DNA of 64,000 bases from Gemmatimonadota bacterium (GTDB taxonomy: Bacteria; Gemmatimonadota; Gemmatimonadetes; Gemmatimonadales; GWC2-71-9): NCBI GenBank assembly GCA_020350425.1, contig CP070716.1, positions 1,232,564-1,296,563 on the forward strand. The letters run 5' to 3'. Shown here piece by piece: positions 1 through 8,559 of this stretch. Within the stretch, counting starts at the first letter, position 1; every line of letters begins with the position of its first letter. The notes beneath the pieces are model-generated. The model ran no database searches and had not been told where the DNA came from. It saw only the letters and a program-made list of their open reading frames with translations. Position numbers and translations under genes: made by a program.

Positions 1-117
1 ACCGCGTACGCCAGCATCGAGCCGCTGGTCGATGTCTTGGGCATGGGACACAGCGGGTATCTCCTCAAGCCGTATACGCTGGACGAGCTCGCGGAGCGGA
101 TCGATGACGCACGCTGA
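1..117 (+). CDS. 3' end of a CheY-like response-regulator receiver protein (5'-truncated by the window edge)
   Basis: Frame 1 reads ...GHSGYLLKPYTLDELAERIDDAR*. 'LLKP(Y/F)..DEL' is the usual beta5/alpha5 end of receiver domains. Stop TGA 115-117. Confidence 0.45.
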   Translation, partial: TAYASIEPLVDVLGMGHSGYLLKPYTLDELAERIDDAR

Positions 118-778
118 TCCCTCGCTCACGCTTCACGGTGTGTTTCGCCGATTCGGCTACCGCTGGGTGGTCCGGGACGTGTCGCTCGACGTGGCGCACG
201 GCGAGGCGGTGCTGCTGGTGGGAGGGAACGGTGCCGGGAAGACGACGCTGCTGCGCGTGGTGTCTGGGCTCCTCAAGGCGTCAAAGGGACGGGTCGAGCG
301 GCAGGGCGCCGTTGGAATGGTGGCGCATCACACCATGATGTACGACGCCCTCACGGCCAGGGAGAACCTCCGGTTCTTCGGCCGGCTCCACGGGAGGAGC
401 GACCGGACCCGGATCGACGCCCTGCTCGACCGTATGGGTCTGCTTCACGTGGGTGACGAGCGGATCGGTACGTTCAGCCGGGGCATGCTGCAGCGGCTTG
501 CCATTGCCCGGGCGCTGCTGCCGGAGCCCCGTGTGCTCCTCCTCGACGAGCCGCTCACCGGCCTCGATGACTCCGCATCGCGCACCGTGGTCGAGGTGCT
601 GGCTGAGCTGAAGCGCGGCGGGGCGGGGATGATGATCGCCAGCCACCAGCTGGTGGAGCTGGTGGGCTCGGCGGATCGCGTGGGCTACATGGTCGGCGGA
701 CGGATGGCGGCGCTGGAGCCGTGCGGCGACGCTGGGCAGGTGGTGCAGCGCTATCGGGAGCTGGCCGACCGTGGGTAG
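104..778 (+). CDS. ccmA: Heme exporter ABC ATPase CcmA
   Basis: Internal ATG at 104 (MTHADPSLTLHGV...) of ORF 32..778. Walker A GGNGAGKTT, ABC signature FSRGMLQRL, Walker B LLLDEP. Followed by ccmB/ccmC. Confidence 0.8.
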   Translation: MTHADPSLTLHGVFRRFGYRWVVRDVSLDVAHGEAVLLVGGNGAGKTTLLRVVSGLLKASKGRVERQGAVGMVAHHTMMYDALTARENLRFFGRLHGRSDRTRIDALLDRMGLLHVGDERIGTFSRGMLQRLAIARALLPEPRVLLLDEPLTGLDDSASRTVVEVLAELKRGGAGMMIASHQLVELVGSADRVGYMVGGRMAALEPCGDAGQVVQRYRELADRG

Positions 779-1457
779 CTACGAGACGCTGCGCGTTGCC
801 CTGGCCATCGCGGCGAAGGACCTCCTGGTCGAGCAGCGCACCAAGACCGCGTTCTTCTCGTCCCTCGTGTTTGCCATCCTGGTCCTCACCATCCTGTACT
901 TCGCCCGTGACGCCACGGCGGTGAGCGATCTGGATCTGGCGCCGGGCGCGCTGTGGGTGACCTTCACCTTCGCCGGGATGCTCGGGTTGAACCGCGCCTT
1001 TCTGTTGGAGCGCGAGAACCGGGCCGTGGACGGGCTGCGGCTGAGCCCCGCGACGCCGACCGGGATTTTCCTCGGCAAGGTGCTGGGCAACCTGGTGTTC
1101 GTGGGCGTCGTCGAGTTGGTTTCGCTCCCGTTGTTCATTCTCTTCTACGACGTCCCGATCTGGCGCCAACTCGGTCTGCTGCTGTTGGTGATCTTCCTGG
1201 CCACCACGGGCTTCGTGGCCGTGGGGACGTTGTTCAGCGCCATCGTGGTGCGTACCCGATTCTCGGAAGTCATGCTCCCGGTGCTGCTGCTGCCGTTCCT
1301 GTTCCCTCCAATCGTTGCGGCCGTCCAGCTGACGCGACGCATCGTGGCGCTGCGACCCTTCGACGAGCTGACGGGCTGGCTCAGCATGCTCGCCGCCTTC
1401 GTCGTTATCTTCTTCTTTCTCTCACTCCTCCTTTTCGAGGCAATACTGGAAGAATGA
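771..1457 (+). CDS. ccmB: Heme exporter permease CcmB
   Basis: 228-aa polytopic membrane protein. GTG start overlaps the ccmA stop by 8 nt. Lies between ccmA and ccmC. Confidence 0.75.
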   Translation: MGSYETLRVALAIAAKDLLVEQRTKTAFFSSLVFAILVLTILYFARDATAVSDLDLAPGALWVTFTFAGMLGLNRAFLLERENRAVDGLRLSPATPTGIFLGKVLGNLVFVGVVELVSLPLFILFYDVPIWRQLGLLLLVIFLATTGFVAVGTLFSAIVVRTRFSEVMLPVLLLPFLFPPIVAAVQLTRRIVALRPFDELTGWLSMLAAFVVIFFFLSLLLFEAILEE

Positions 1458-2158
1458 CACGCCGTGAACGAGCGATGCGGTCCGCGCGCCGCGGTACCGT
1501 GATCACCGGACTGGCGCTACTGGGGCTGACGGGGGTCTACATTCGTGCCCTCGTGTACACGCCGATGGAACGGCTCCAGGGTCTGGCGCAGAAGATCTTC
1601 TACGTTCATGCCCCAGCCGCCTGGGCCGCCCTGCTGGCCTTTGCGGTGACGGGGCTCTTCAGCCTGCTCTACCTGATCACGCGAGACCGCAAGTTCGACC
1701 TCGTGGCGAGTTCGTCGGCGGAGGTGGGCGTGGCGTTTTCGCTCGTGATGCTCACGACCGGGCCGCTCTGGGGCAAGCCGGTGTGGGGTACGTGGTGGAC
1801 CTGGGATGCGCGGCTCACGTCGACGCTGTTCATCTTCTTGCTCTTCGTCGGTTACCTCGTGCTGCGGGGCGCGTTCAACGACTTCGAGATCAGGGCCCGC
1901 TTTTCCGCGGTATTGGGCGTCATGGCTCTGGTACTCGTGCCGTTCATCCATGTTACGGTGTACTGGTTCCGCACGCTGCACCCGGAGCCCGTGCTCCTCA
2001 AGCCCGATCGCCCGTCGCTCCCGGGGGTCATGCTGACGACGTTGCTGATTTCGATCGGGGTGTTCACCGCGCTGTACGTCGGCTTCATGATGCAGCGCCA
2101 CGCCCTGACGGTGCTGCGGGACATTCGGGACGAGGAGACGGTCGATGCAAACGCCTGA
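1454..2158 (+). CDS. ccmC: Heme exporter / heme lyase subunit CcmC
   Basis: ATG 1454 overlaps the ccmB stop (ATGA). Tryptophan-rich WWD-type motif WGKPVWGTWWTWDARLTS. The earlier part of ORF 953..2158 is off-frame over ccmB. Confidence 0.85.
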   Translation: MTRRERAMRSARRGTVITGLALLGLTGVYIRALVYTPMERLQGLAQKIFYVHAPAAWAALLAFAVTGLFSLLYLITRDRKFDLVASSSAEVGVAFSLVMLTTGPLWGKPVWGTWWTWDARLTSTLFIFLLFVGYLVLRGAFNDFEIRARFSAVLGVMALVLVPFIHVTVYWFRTLHPEPVLLKPDRPSLPGVMLTTLLISIGVFTALYVGFMMQRHALTVLRDIRDEETVDANA

Positions 2159-2261
2159 CAACGGCGGCTACATGGTGGCCGCATACATCATCGCGGCGGT
2201 CGTGGTTCTGGGCTACGCCATCACGCTCCTGTACCGGCTGGCCAAGCTCAAGAATCAGTAG
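2145..2261 (+). CDS. ccmD: CcmD-like small heme exporter protein (38 aa, not in the ORF track)
   Basis: Hand translation gives MQTPDNGGYMVAAYIIAAVVVLGYAITLLYRLAKLKNQ*: one TM helix plus a basic tail. Overlaps the ccmC stop by 14 nt. Confidence 0.55.
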   Translation: MQTPDNGGYMVAAYIIAAVVVLGYAITLLYRLAKLKNQ

Positions 2262-3016
2262 AGGGCGAGCGCCACCGCGGCACCCAGCCCGGTGGCCACG
2301 AAGTTCACACCGTCGTTCCCCAGCCACCTGAGCCCGCGCACGGGTCGTGCCCGCTCGCCGCAGTGGTGCACGGCCCGCTCCGTCTGCGCAGCGCAGCGGC
2401 CGCAGTAGTACACGCCCTGAATGGTGGCCCCGAGGATCGAGTCGGCCAGCATCCCGATGATGCCTCCGGCGGTAGCCGCCATCGCGGCGCTCGACGGGAG
2501 ACCGACGAGCAGCGCCACCCCGCCCATGCCGGCAGCTCCCAGCAGCCCAGCGACAGTGCCCGGCGGGCTCACGCCTCCCGACGTGCCGGGCGTGACGGGC
2601 CGGCCGGATGTGATGAGCCGGGTGGGCTGGGTTGAGCGGGTGCCGATCTCAGTGGCCCACGTGTCGGCCTGCGCCGTAGCCAGGGCGCCGGCCATCACCG
2701 CCCAGCCTCCGTCACCGACCACCAGCAGCAGGGCGCCGACCGCCGCCCAGCCACCGTTGGCGAGCACCTGGCGCCCGGTGCGGCCACGGCGCTCGGCCTG
2801 AGGGAGCTGGAAGCGGCTTGTGCCGAGCCGATACGTGAGAGCACTGCCCGAGACGAAGAACATGGCCAGGAGCGCGGCGCCCGGGACGCCCCCGGCAGCA
2901 AAGATCGCCGCGCCCACGAGGGCAGCGGCGATGGTTCCCCTTGGAGTGAGCCAGCCGATCGCGCGGCCCACCAGGGCGAGCCCGGTGGACAGCGCGACAG
3001 CGACCAGCACGGTCAT
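2255..3016 (-). CDS. DUF92 (TMEM19-like) integral membrane protein
   Basis: Start taken at MTVLVAV (ATG 3016), overlapping the anti-sigma stop by 4 nt. Motifs ADTWATEIG, GTSGGVS and DSILGATIQ are typical of DUF92. Confidence 0.7.
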   Translation of the reverse strand: MTVLVAVALSTGLALVGRAIGWLTPRGTIAAALVGAAIFAAGGVPGAALLAMFFVSGSALTYRLGTSRFQLPQAERRGRTGRQVLANGGWAAVGALLLVVGDGGWAVMAGALATAQADTWATEIGTRSTQPTRLITSGRPVTPGTSGGVSPPGTVAGLLGAAGMGGVALLVGLPSSAAMAATAGGIIGMLADSILGATIQGVYYCGRCAAQTERAVHHCGERARPVRGLRWLGNDGVNFVATGLGAAVALALY

Positions 3017-3282
3017 GGAGCCTGGTGCTCCCCCGCCTCGAACAGGAGCCGCTGGAGGATGCGCTTCTTCAGCCCGTCGGGGGCGTGCTGGACACGCGTG
3101 CGGGCCTCGAGAAACCGGACGTAGGAGTCCTCGAACTTGGAGAGCGCGAGGCACGGGGCGCACTTCTCGAGGTGTGCGCGCACCTCCTCGGAACGTGCCG
3201 GGGTGAGCTCCCGGTCGATGTACTCGTAGAGGCGATCGAGGGCCGCGCCGCAGTCGATGTCGCGTGGCATGTCGTCCGTCAT
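3013..3282 (-). CDS. Zinc-binding (ZAS, RsrA-like) anti-sigma factor, soluble
   Basis: 89 aa with no TM segment. Cys11...His37-x3-Cys41-x2-Cys44 (HLEKCAPC). ATGA overlap with the upstream ECF sigma gene. Confidence 0.8.
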   Translation of the reverse strand: MTDDMPRDIDCGAALDRLYEYIDRELTPARSEEVRAHLEKCAPCLALSKFEDSYVRFLEARTRVQHAPDGLKKRILQRLLFEAGEHQAP

Positions 3283-3935
3283 TGGTGCTCTTCCTTCTGG
3301 CCTTTGATGTATCCCATCTCCACGGCGTAGTCGTGCAGCTCCTTCTGTAGTGCCTGCCGCGCCCGGAAGAGCCGCGACTTCACGGTGCCGACGGGGACCT
3401 CGGTGATCTTGGCGATCTCCGCGTACGGTAGTCCCTCGACATCACTCAGGACGAGCGTCTCCCGGAATTCGTCGGGGAGGCGGTCGATCGCCCTGAGGAT
3501 GTCCTCGTCCACGAGCTGGTTGAAGAACGTCCCCTCGGGATCGCCGTCCTGCACGTGCTCGAACACCGTGAACGGTTCGATGCGCGTGACATCCACCTCG
3601 ATCGCCGCCCGCTTGGCCTTCCGGTACTCGTTGATGAACGTGTGGCGCAAGATGGTCAGCAGCCACGCCCGGACGTTGGTCCCGGGACGGTACTGGTGCC
3701 ACGACCGGAAGGCCTTGAGCATGGTCTCCTGGGTGAGGTCCTCCGCCTGGGTCTCACTGCCGGACAGGCGGAGCGCGACCCGATAGAGGGTGTCAAGGTG
3801 TGGAAGCGCTTCTTCCTCGAAGCGGCGTCGGTCGGCTTCGGTAGCCACGATGCGTGCTATGCCTGCGCTGTCGGGTGGTGACGCGTAGAATCGCTTGCCG
3901 GCGCGGTCGGCGCAACGGCTCTGGTATCGCGCCAT
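3279..3935 (-). CDS. ECF (group 4) RNA polymerase sigma factor
   Basis: Only the last 218 aa of ORF 3279..4874 (from MARYQS...) look real. Region 2 DLTQETMLKAFR...WLLTILRHTFINEYR. Region 4 LPDEFRETLVLSDVEGLPYAEIAKITEVPVGTVKSRLFRAR. Confidence 0.85.
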   Translation of the reverse strand: MARYQSRCADRAGKRFYASPPDSAGIARIVATEADRRRFEEEALPHLDTLYRVALRLSGSETQAEDLTQETMLKAFRSWHQYRPGTNVRAWLLTILRHTFINEYRKAKRAAIEVDVTRIEPFTVFEHVQDGDPEGTFFNQLVDEDILRAIDRLPDEFRETLVLSDVEGLPYAEIAKITEVPVGTVKSRLFRARQALQKELHDYAVEMGYIKGQKEEHQ

Positions 3936-3986
3936 CGCTTGGGCTAACTTGCGCGCCGGATCAACCGGCCACCCCACTCCGTTCCT

Positions 3987-4613
3987 ATGAACAACGAATC
4001 CGGACGTCCGGTTCACGCGGTCATTCCGCTGTCGGTGCTCGAGTCCATGCAATACCTGGACTCGGTCTCGCCGGGCGACTCGGACGAGTTCCGCCAGGAG
4101 GTCGCCGCGAAGCGACTCGGCACGAGCTCCACGGTGGCGATGCAGATCGAACGGTTCGGGCGGCTGGCCCGCAGGAACATGGTGGTGGATCGCGGTGAGG
4201 CGACGGCGCTGCTCCGACTGGCGGGACGGCGGACCGATGCCGGGCTCGTGTTTGCCGACGCCGGCCGCCGGGCGGCGCGGCACGCGACGGGTGGGGTGTC
4301 GCCGGTGGCGCGTGCCTTTCGGCGAATGCTGCCCGGGTTCGCGCGCCGGCGGTACGGGATGAGGCTGGTGCGGCAGGCGGTGCGGCGGGTGCTGGACATC
4401 GAGCTGAGAGGCGCCGAGGGTCAGATCCTCGGGGTCGCCGCCGACGCGCCCTCCGCCGACGCCACATCGGACGGGAGTTCCTGCGCCCTCTACGGGTCCG
4501 CGATTGCCGCGATCCTCCGATCCTTCACAGACTTCGACGGGGCGGTGTTGCACGACACCTGCCGGGCGAAGGGCGCGCCGGACTGTCGCTGGCATACGGC
4601 GAGCGCTTCCTGA
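3987..4613 (+). CDS. Hypothetical protein with V4R-like C-terminal domain
   Basis: G/C-rich third codon positions on the + strand. C-terminus SCALYGSAIAAIL...HDTCRAKGAPDCRW resembles the V4R small-molecule-binding domain (Cys...CxAxGxxxCxF/W). Confidence 0.5.
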   Translation: MNNESGRPVHAVIPLSVLESMQYLDSVSPGDSDEFRQEVAAKRLGTSSTVAMQIERFGRLARRNMVVDRGEATALLRLAGRRTDAGLVFADAGRRAARHATGGVSPVARAFRRMLPGFARRRYGMRLVRQAVRRVLDIELRGAEGQILGVAADAPSADATSDGSSCALYGSAIAAILRSFTDFDGAVLHDTCRAKGAPDCRWHTASAS

Positions 4614-4623
4614 GGATACTGGG

Positions 4624-5790
4624 ATGACGACACTGCAGAACTTCGACTTCGATGCGTTGGGCCGGACGCTCAAGCAGCGAGGTCTCGACGGCTGGCTGGT
4701 GTACGACTTCCATGACAGCAATCCCGTAGCGCAGCGAATGCTGGGGGACACCGGCATGCTCACTCGGCGCCTCTTCCTCTGGCTCCCGGCTGTGGGGCCG
4801 GCGCAGCTCGTGGTGAGCACAATCGACCGGCCGGCGGTGGGCGACTTCCCTGGCGAGTTCGTCACGTACACCACGTGGCAGGAGTTGCATCAGCACCTGG
4901 CATCGGTCGTGGGGGGGCGGCGGGTCGCGATGGAGACTTCACCCGAGAACGCGGTGCCGTACCTCGACAAGGTGCCATCGGGGGTCGTGGAGCTCCTCAA
5001 GCGACTCGGTGCGACGGTGCTGCCGTCGGCACCGCTGGTGACCGAGTTCGCCTCGCGCTGGTCGCAAGCCGAGCTGCAGGACCACCGTCGCACCGCGGAG
5101 GCCATTGCCGAGATCGCACGTGGCACCTTGAGGCTGGCGATTCAGCACGTGGGGACGGCCACCGAGGTGGCGGTGCAGCGCAGTGTCCTGGAGCAGCTCG
5201 CGGGAGCCGGGCTGGAAACGGATGACCCGCCCATTGTGGCGTTCGGCCCGCACGCCGCGGACCCGCACTATTCGCCCCACGAGTCCACCAACCGCACTCT
5301 GGCGGCCGACGAGGTGGTGCTGCTGGACCTGTGGGCGCGCCCCTCGCCCAAGACGGTGTGGGCCGACCAGACGTGGATGGCGTTCACCGGATCGCCGCCC
5401 GGCGACGTCGTGACCGTCTGGGAGACGGTGCGCAACGCGCGCGACGCCGTGGTCGACCGGCTCCGCAAGGGGCCGCGCAGCGGCGAGAAGCTGACCGGCG
5501 CCATGCTCGACAACGTGTCGCGGGAAGTGATCAACGCGGCGGGGTACGGCCACGCGTTCACCCACCGCACCGGGCACTCGATCGACCTGGACCTCCACGG
5601 CTCGGGTCCGCACCTGGACGACTTTGAGACGCACGACGTGCGGGAGTTGTTCGAGGGGGTCGCCTTCTCGGTGGAGCCGGGGATCTACCTGCCGGGGCGG
5701 TTCGGTGTGCGCAGCGAGATCAACGTGGTGTTGGGAGCCAACGGACCCGAGGTGACGCCGGCGGAGCCGCAGACCGAGTTGATCGTCTGA
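4624..5790 (+). CDS. M24 family metallopeptidase (Xaa-Pro aminopeptidase/dipeptidase-like)
   Basis: Start at MTTLQNFDF (ATG 4624). Pita-bread motifs LLDLWA, HRTGHSID, SVEPGIY, SEINVV. Confidence 0.8.
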   Translation: MTTLQNFDFDALGRTLKQRGLDGWLVYDFHDSNPVAQRMLGDTGMLTRRLFLWLPAVGPAQLVVSTIDRPAVGDFPGEFVTYTTWQELHQHLASVVGGRRVAMETSPENAVPYLDKVPSGVVELLKRLGATVLPSAPLVTEFASRWSQAELQDHRRTAEAIAEIARGTLRLAIQHVGTATEVAVQRSVLEQLAGAGLETDDPPIVAFGPHAADPHYSPHESTNRTLAADEVVLLDLWARPSPKTVWADQTWMAFTGSPPGDVVTVWETVRNARDAVVDRLRKGPRSGEKLTGAMLDNVSREVINAAGYGHAFTHRTGHSIDLDLHGSGPHLDDFETHDVRELFEGVAFSVEPGIYLPGRFGVRSEINVVLGANGPEVTPAEPQTELIV

Positions 5791-5847
5791 CCGCCCGCGC
5801 TCCCGTGTGGGCGGGCGCTCGCACGGCATGCGGGGCGGACGAAATGC

Positions 5848-5872
5848 GGGGCCGGGCACCGAGCCCGGCCCC
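5848..5872. terminator. GC hairpin between convergent genes (candidate bidirectional terminator)
   Basis: GGGGCCGGGC-accga-GCCCGGCCCC: perfect 10-bp stem, 5-nt loop, no clear U-tract. Confidence 0.45.
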
Positions 5873-5878
5873 GTCGCA

Positions 5879-6805
5879 TCAGTTGGGGGTCCCCGCCGTG
5901 CCGGTCGGTGCCTTGGGAGCGAGCCAAACCAGGTAGACCAGTGCCACCCACAGGGCTGTCCCCAGGGCCGCGTGCACGCCGCGCCAAACCGGCATGAGCA
6001 GGGACAGCACCATGACCGCCCCCACGACGACCTGTGCCACCCCAAGGCCCACGACGACCCACCCCGCCTCCTGAATGCGGGCCGCCACCTGCTTGCGTCT
6101 CAGGCCCAGCCCCAAACCGATGAGGTGGAAGAAGAGGGCGTAGGCGAGGAGCCGGTGCGTCCAGTGGATGTGCGGCAGGCCGCTCGCCGTCGCGGTGGGC
6201 CAGAACTGCCCGTTGCACAGCGGGAATCCCTGACAGGCCGGGGCGGCCCCCGTCGTGGCGACCATCCCGCCCAGCAGGATGACCGCACCGGCCAGCACGG
6301 TCGCCCCGATGATGCCCCCACGTCCGATCGCGATCCCCGGGGGCGGCTCCATCATTCCACCGTGGACGCCGGCCCGCAGACCCAGCACGACCAGGGTGGC
6401 GAGCAGTGTGAGCCCCGCTCCGAGGTGGAGGACCACCGTGTGGGGCGGGAGTTCGAGCTTCACCGTGACGGCGCCGAGCAGTGACTGCACGACCAGCAGC
6501 AGTACCGCCAGGGCCGCCGGCCGGAGCGTCCCCCCGGGGCCCGAGCCGCCGGGAGCGCCACGCAGCTTGTAAGCGTGTGCCGCGAGGGCCAGGGTGAGTG
6601 CTGTGAGGCCCAGCACCGCCAGCCGGTGGGCGAACTCGATCACCGTCTTGGCGCTGTCGAAGGCGGGGAGGACCCTGCCGTTACAGAGCGGCCAGTCGTC
6701 GCCGCAGCCCATTCCCGACCCGGTGATGCGCACCACGAAGCCGAGCACGATGATGGCGTAGGCGAAGGCGGCCGTGATCCATGCCAGCGTGCGAAGTGTC
6801 TTCAT
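5879..6805 (-). CDS. ctaA: Heme A synthase (CtaA/COX15 family)
   Basis: Start at MKTLRTLAW (ATG 6805). 8-TM layout with two Cys pairs (GCGDDWPLC, CQGFPLC) and conserved His (FAHR, HWTHR). Confidence 0.8.
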   Translation of the reverse strand: MKTLRTLAWITAAFAYAIIVLGFVVRITGSGMGCGDDWPLCNGRVLPAFDSAKTVIEFAHRLAVLGLTALTLALAAHAYKLRGAPGGSGPGGTLRPAALAVLLLVVQSLLGAVTVKLELPPHTVVLHLGAGLTLLATLVVLGLRAGVHGGMMEPPPGIAIGRGGIIGATVLAGAVILLGGMVATTGAAPACQGFPLCNGQFWPTATASGLPHIHWTHRLLAYALFFHLIGLGLGLRRKQVAARIQEAGWVVVGLGVAQVVVGAVMVLSLLMPVWRGVHAALGTALWVALVYLVWLAPKAPTGTAGTPN

Positions 6806-6900
6806 GCGGCTGAAACTGCGGTGCCGCCCGGACCCGGACAAGGAGGGCCGCGATCGGGTTTCCGGGGCGGGCGGGCGGGCGGTGGGCCCTCTCCCCCGGC

Positions 6901-8328
6901 TTACAGCACGAAGCCGAATGCCAGGAAGAGCAGCGTCGCCGCCCCCGCCGCCAGCAGCGCGTAAGGCAGCTGGGTACCCACGTGGTCGATGTGGTCGGTG
7001 GCCGACGCCATCGAGGCCACGATGGTGGTGTCGGAGATGGGTGAGCAGTGGTCGCCGAAGATGCCGCCGCCCAGGGCTGCGCCCAGCATGAGCGGGGCGT
7101 TGAGCCCCAGCAGCTCGACCATGGGGACCACGATTGGAATCATGATTGCGAACGTGCCCCACGACGTGCCGGTCGAGAAGGCGATGAAGCAGGCGAGGAG
7201 GAACACGATGGCGGGAATGAGCCCCACGTGCAGGCCCGCCTGCGCTGCCTGGGCGACGAACACACCGGTGCCCAGGGCTCGGGTGGTCGCCCCGATGGCA
7301 AAGGCCAGGGAGAGGACGATGACCAGCGGCACGAGCCCCTGGATTCCCTTGATGATCTGCTCGGTCGATTCCTGGATCGTCAGGATCCCCTGCAGCCGGT
7401 AGGAGACCACGGCCACGAGCACCCCCACGATCACGCCCCAGAGCACCGCCACCGAGCCGCTGCCGCTGGAGAGGTCGCCGTTGCCGGTGAGCCAGAGCAC
7501 CACCGGCACCATGAGCACCATGGCCGCGATCGGGAGCACCATGTTGATCGCGCGCTTGGGCACCCCGTCCTTGGCCCGCTCGAGCGAGACCTCCTCGGAA
7601 ACCAGCGGTCGCGCGCCGTCCCGCAGGAGCTTGCCCTCCACCGCCACGCGGCGCTCAGCGTCGCGCATGGGCCCAAGATTCCACCCCGTCAGGACCACCC
7701 AGACCGCCAGCCCGATCGCGAGCACGCTGTAAAAATTCAGCGGAACCGACGCGATCAGCAGCGCGGCTGGCCGCGCGACGTCCTGCGCCGCCAGGAGCGC
7801 CACCACGTACGCCCCCCAGGCATTGAGGGGCAGGAGACTGCCGACGAGGATGCACTTGGGCGAGCAGGTGGCGTCGATGAGGTAGCTCAACTTCTCCCGC
7901 GAGATGCCACACTTGTCGAACAGGGGGCGCGCCACCGAGCCCGACACCAGCAGGCTGAAGTTGGACTCGAGAAAGACGGCCATGCTCACCCCGATAGTGA
8001 GCAGCCCGACGGAGCGCCGCGAGCGGGCGACCCCCCACCGTTCGACTCGCTGCACGAAGCCCTCCATGCCGCCTGACGCCTGGGTGAGCGTGATCATGGC
8101 CCCGATGAGGACGCTGAACATGAGGACCCGCGCGTTGTCCAGATCGGTCACGGCGGTGACGTACACGTTTACCGACTCGATGAGGCCGGTCACCGGGTTC
8201 CAGCCGGTCATGATGGTCCAGCCCAGCCACACAAAGAGGGCGAGGGAGAGGTAGACCTGCTTGGTCTTGATCGCGAGTCCGATCGCGACCACCGGCGGGA
8301 CGACGGAGAGCCAGCCGAAGGATTCCAT
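6901..8328 (-). CDS. nhaC: NhaC-family Na+/H+ antiporter
   Basis: Start at MESFGWLSVVPP (ATG 8328). About 475-aa polytopic protein with an NhaC-like N-terminus (SVVPPVVAIGLAIKTKQV) and C-terminal core (GDHCSPISDTT). Confidence 0.75.
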   Translation of the reverse strand: MESFGWLSVVPPVVAIGLAIKTKQVYLSLALFVWLGWTIMTGWNPVTGLIESVNVYVTAVTDLDNARVLMFSVLIGAMITLTQASGGMEGFVQRVERWGVARSRRSVGLLTIGVSMAVFLESNFSLLVSGSVARPLFDKCGISREKLSYLIDATCSPKCILVGSLLPLNAWGAYVVALLAAQDVARPAALLIASVPLNFYSVLAIGLAVWVVLTGWNLGPMRDAERRVAVEGKLLRDGARPLVSEEVSLERAKDGVPKRAINMVLPIAAMVLMVPVVLWLTGNGDLSSGSGSVAVLWGVIVGVLVAVVSYRLQGILTIQESTEQIIKGIQGLVPLVIVLSLAFAIGATTRALGTGVFVAQAAQAGLHVGLIPAIVFLLACFIAFSTGTSWGTFAIMIPIVVPMVELLGLNAPLMLGAALGGGIFGDHCSPISDTTIVASMASATDHIDHVGTQLPYALLAAGAATLLFLAFGFVL

Positions 8329-8559
8329 GGGCTTCCCGGATGCAGGGTTGGCGGACGGATCGCCCCAAGCTAGCGGTCGGCGACGGGGCTGCCAACATGG
8401 CCGGCGCCCGAGCCTGGGGAGGCTCCCGGGAGCCGGATCGGCGTCGCTCAAGTGTCACTTGACGGGCTGCCGCACCGCGCCGCAATTTCCGGGCGCCCTT
8501 ATGAACCCCGCAGTTTTCGTACATCGCTAGCGGCACAATCCAAGAAGGAGAGGTACTCC

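Noticed and set aside
3936-4874. 5' two-thirds of ORF 3279..4874 (an apparent 531-aa sigma factor)
   Set aside because: Only the last 218 aa resemble an ECF sigma. The upstream part is Arg/Pro-rich and overlaps the better-supported + strand genes at 3987..4613 and 4624..5790.
6806-7162. N-terminal extension of the heme A synthase ORF (5879..7162), and the similar 5' extensions of ORFs 11939..13732, 8452.., 4504.., 39469.. and 61309..
   Set aside because: The extensions overlap neighbouring genes or lack coding character. Internal starts give canonical N-termini, RBSs or 4-nt overlaps.
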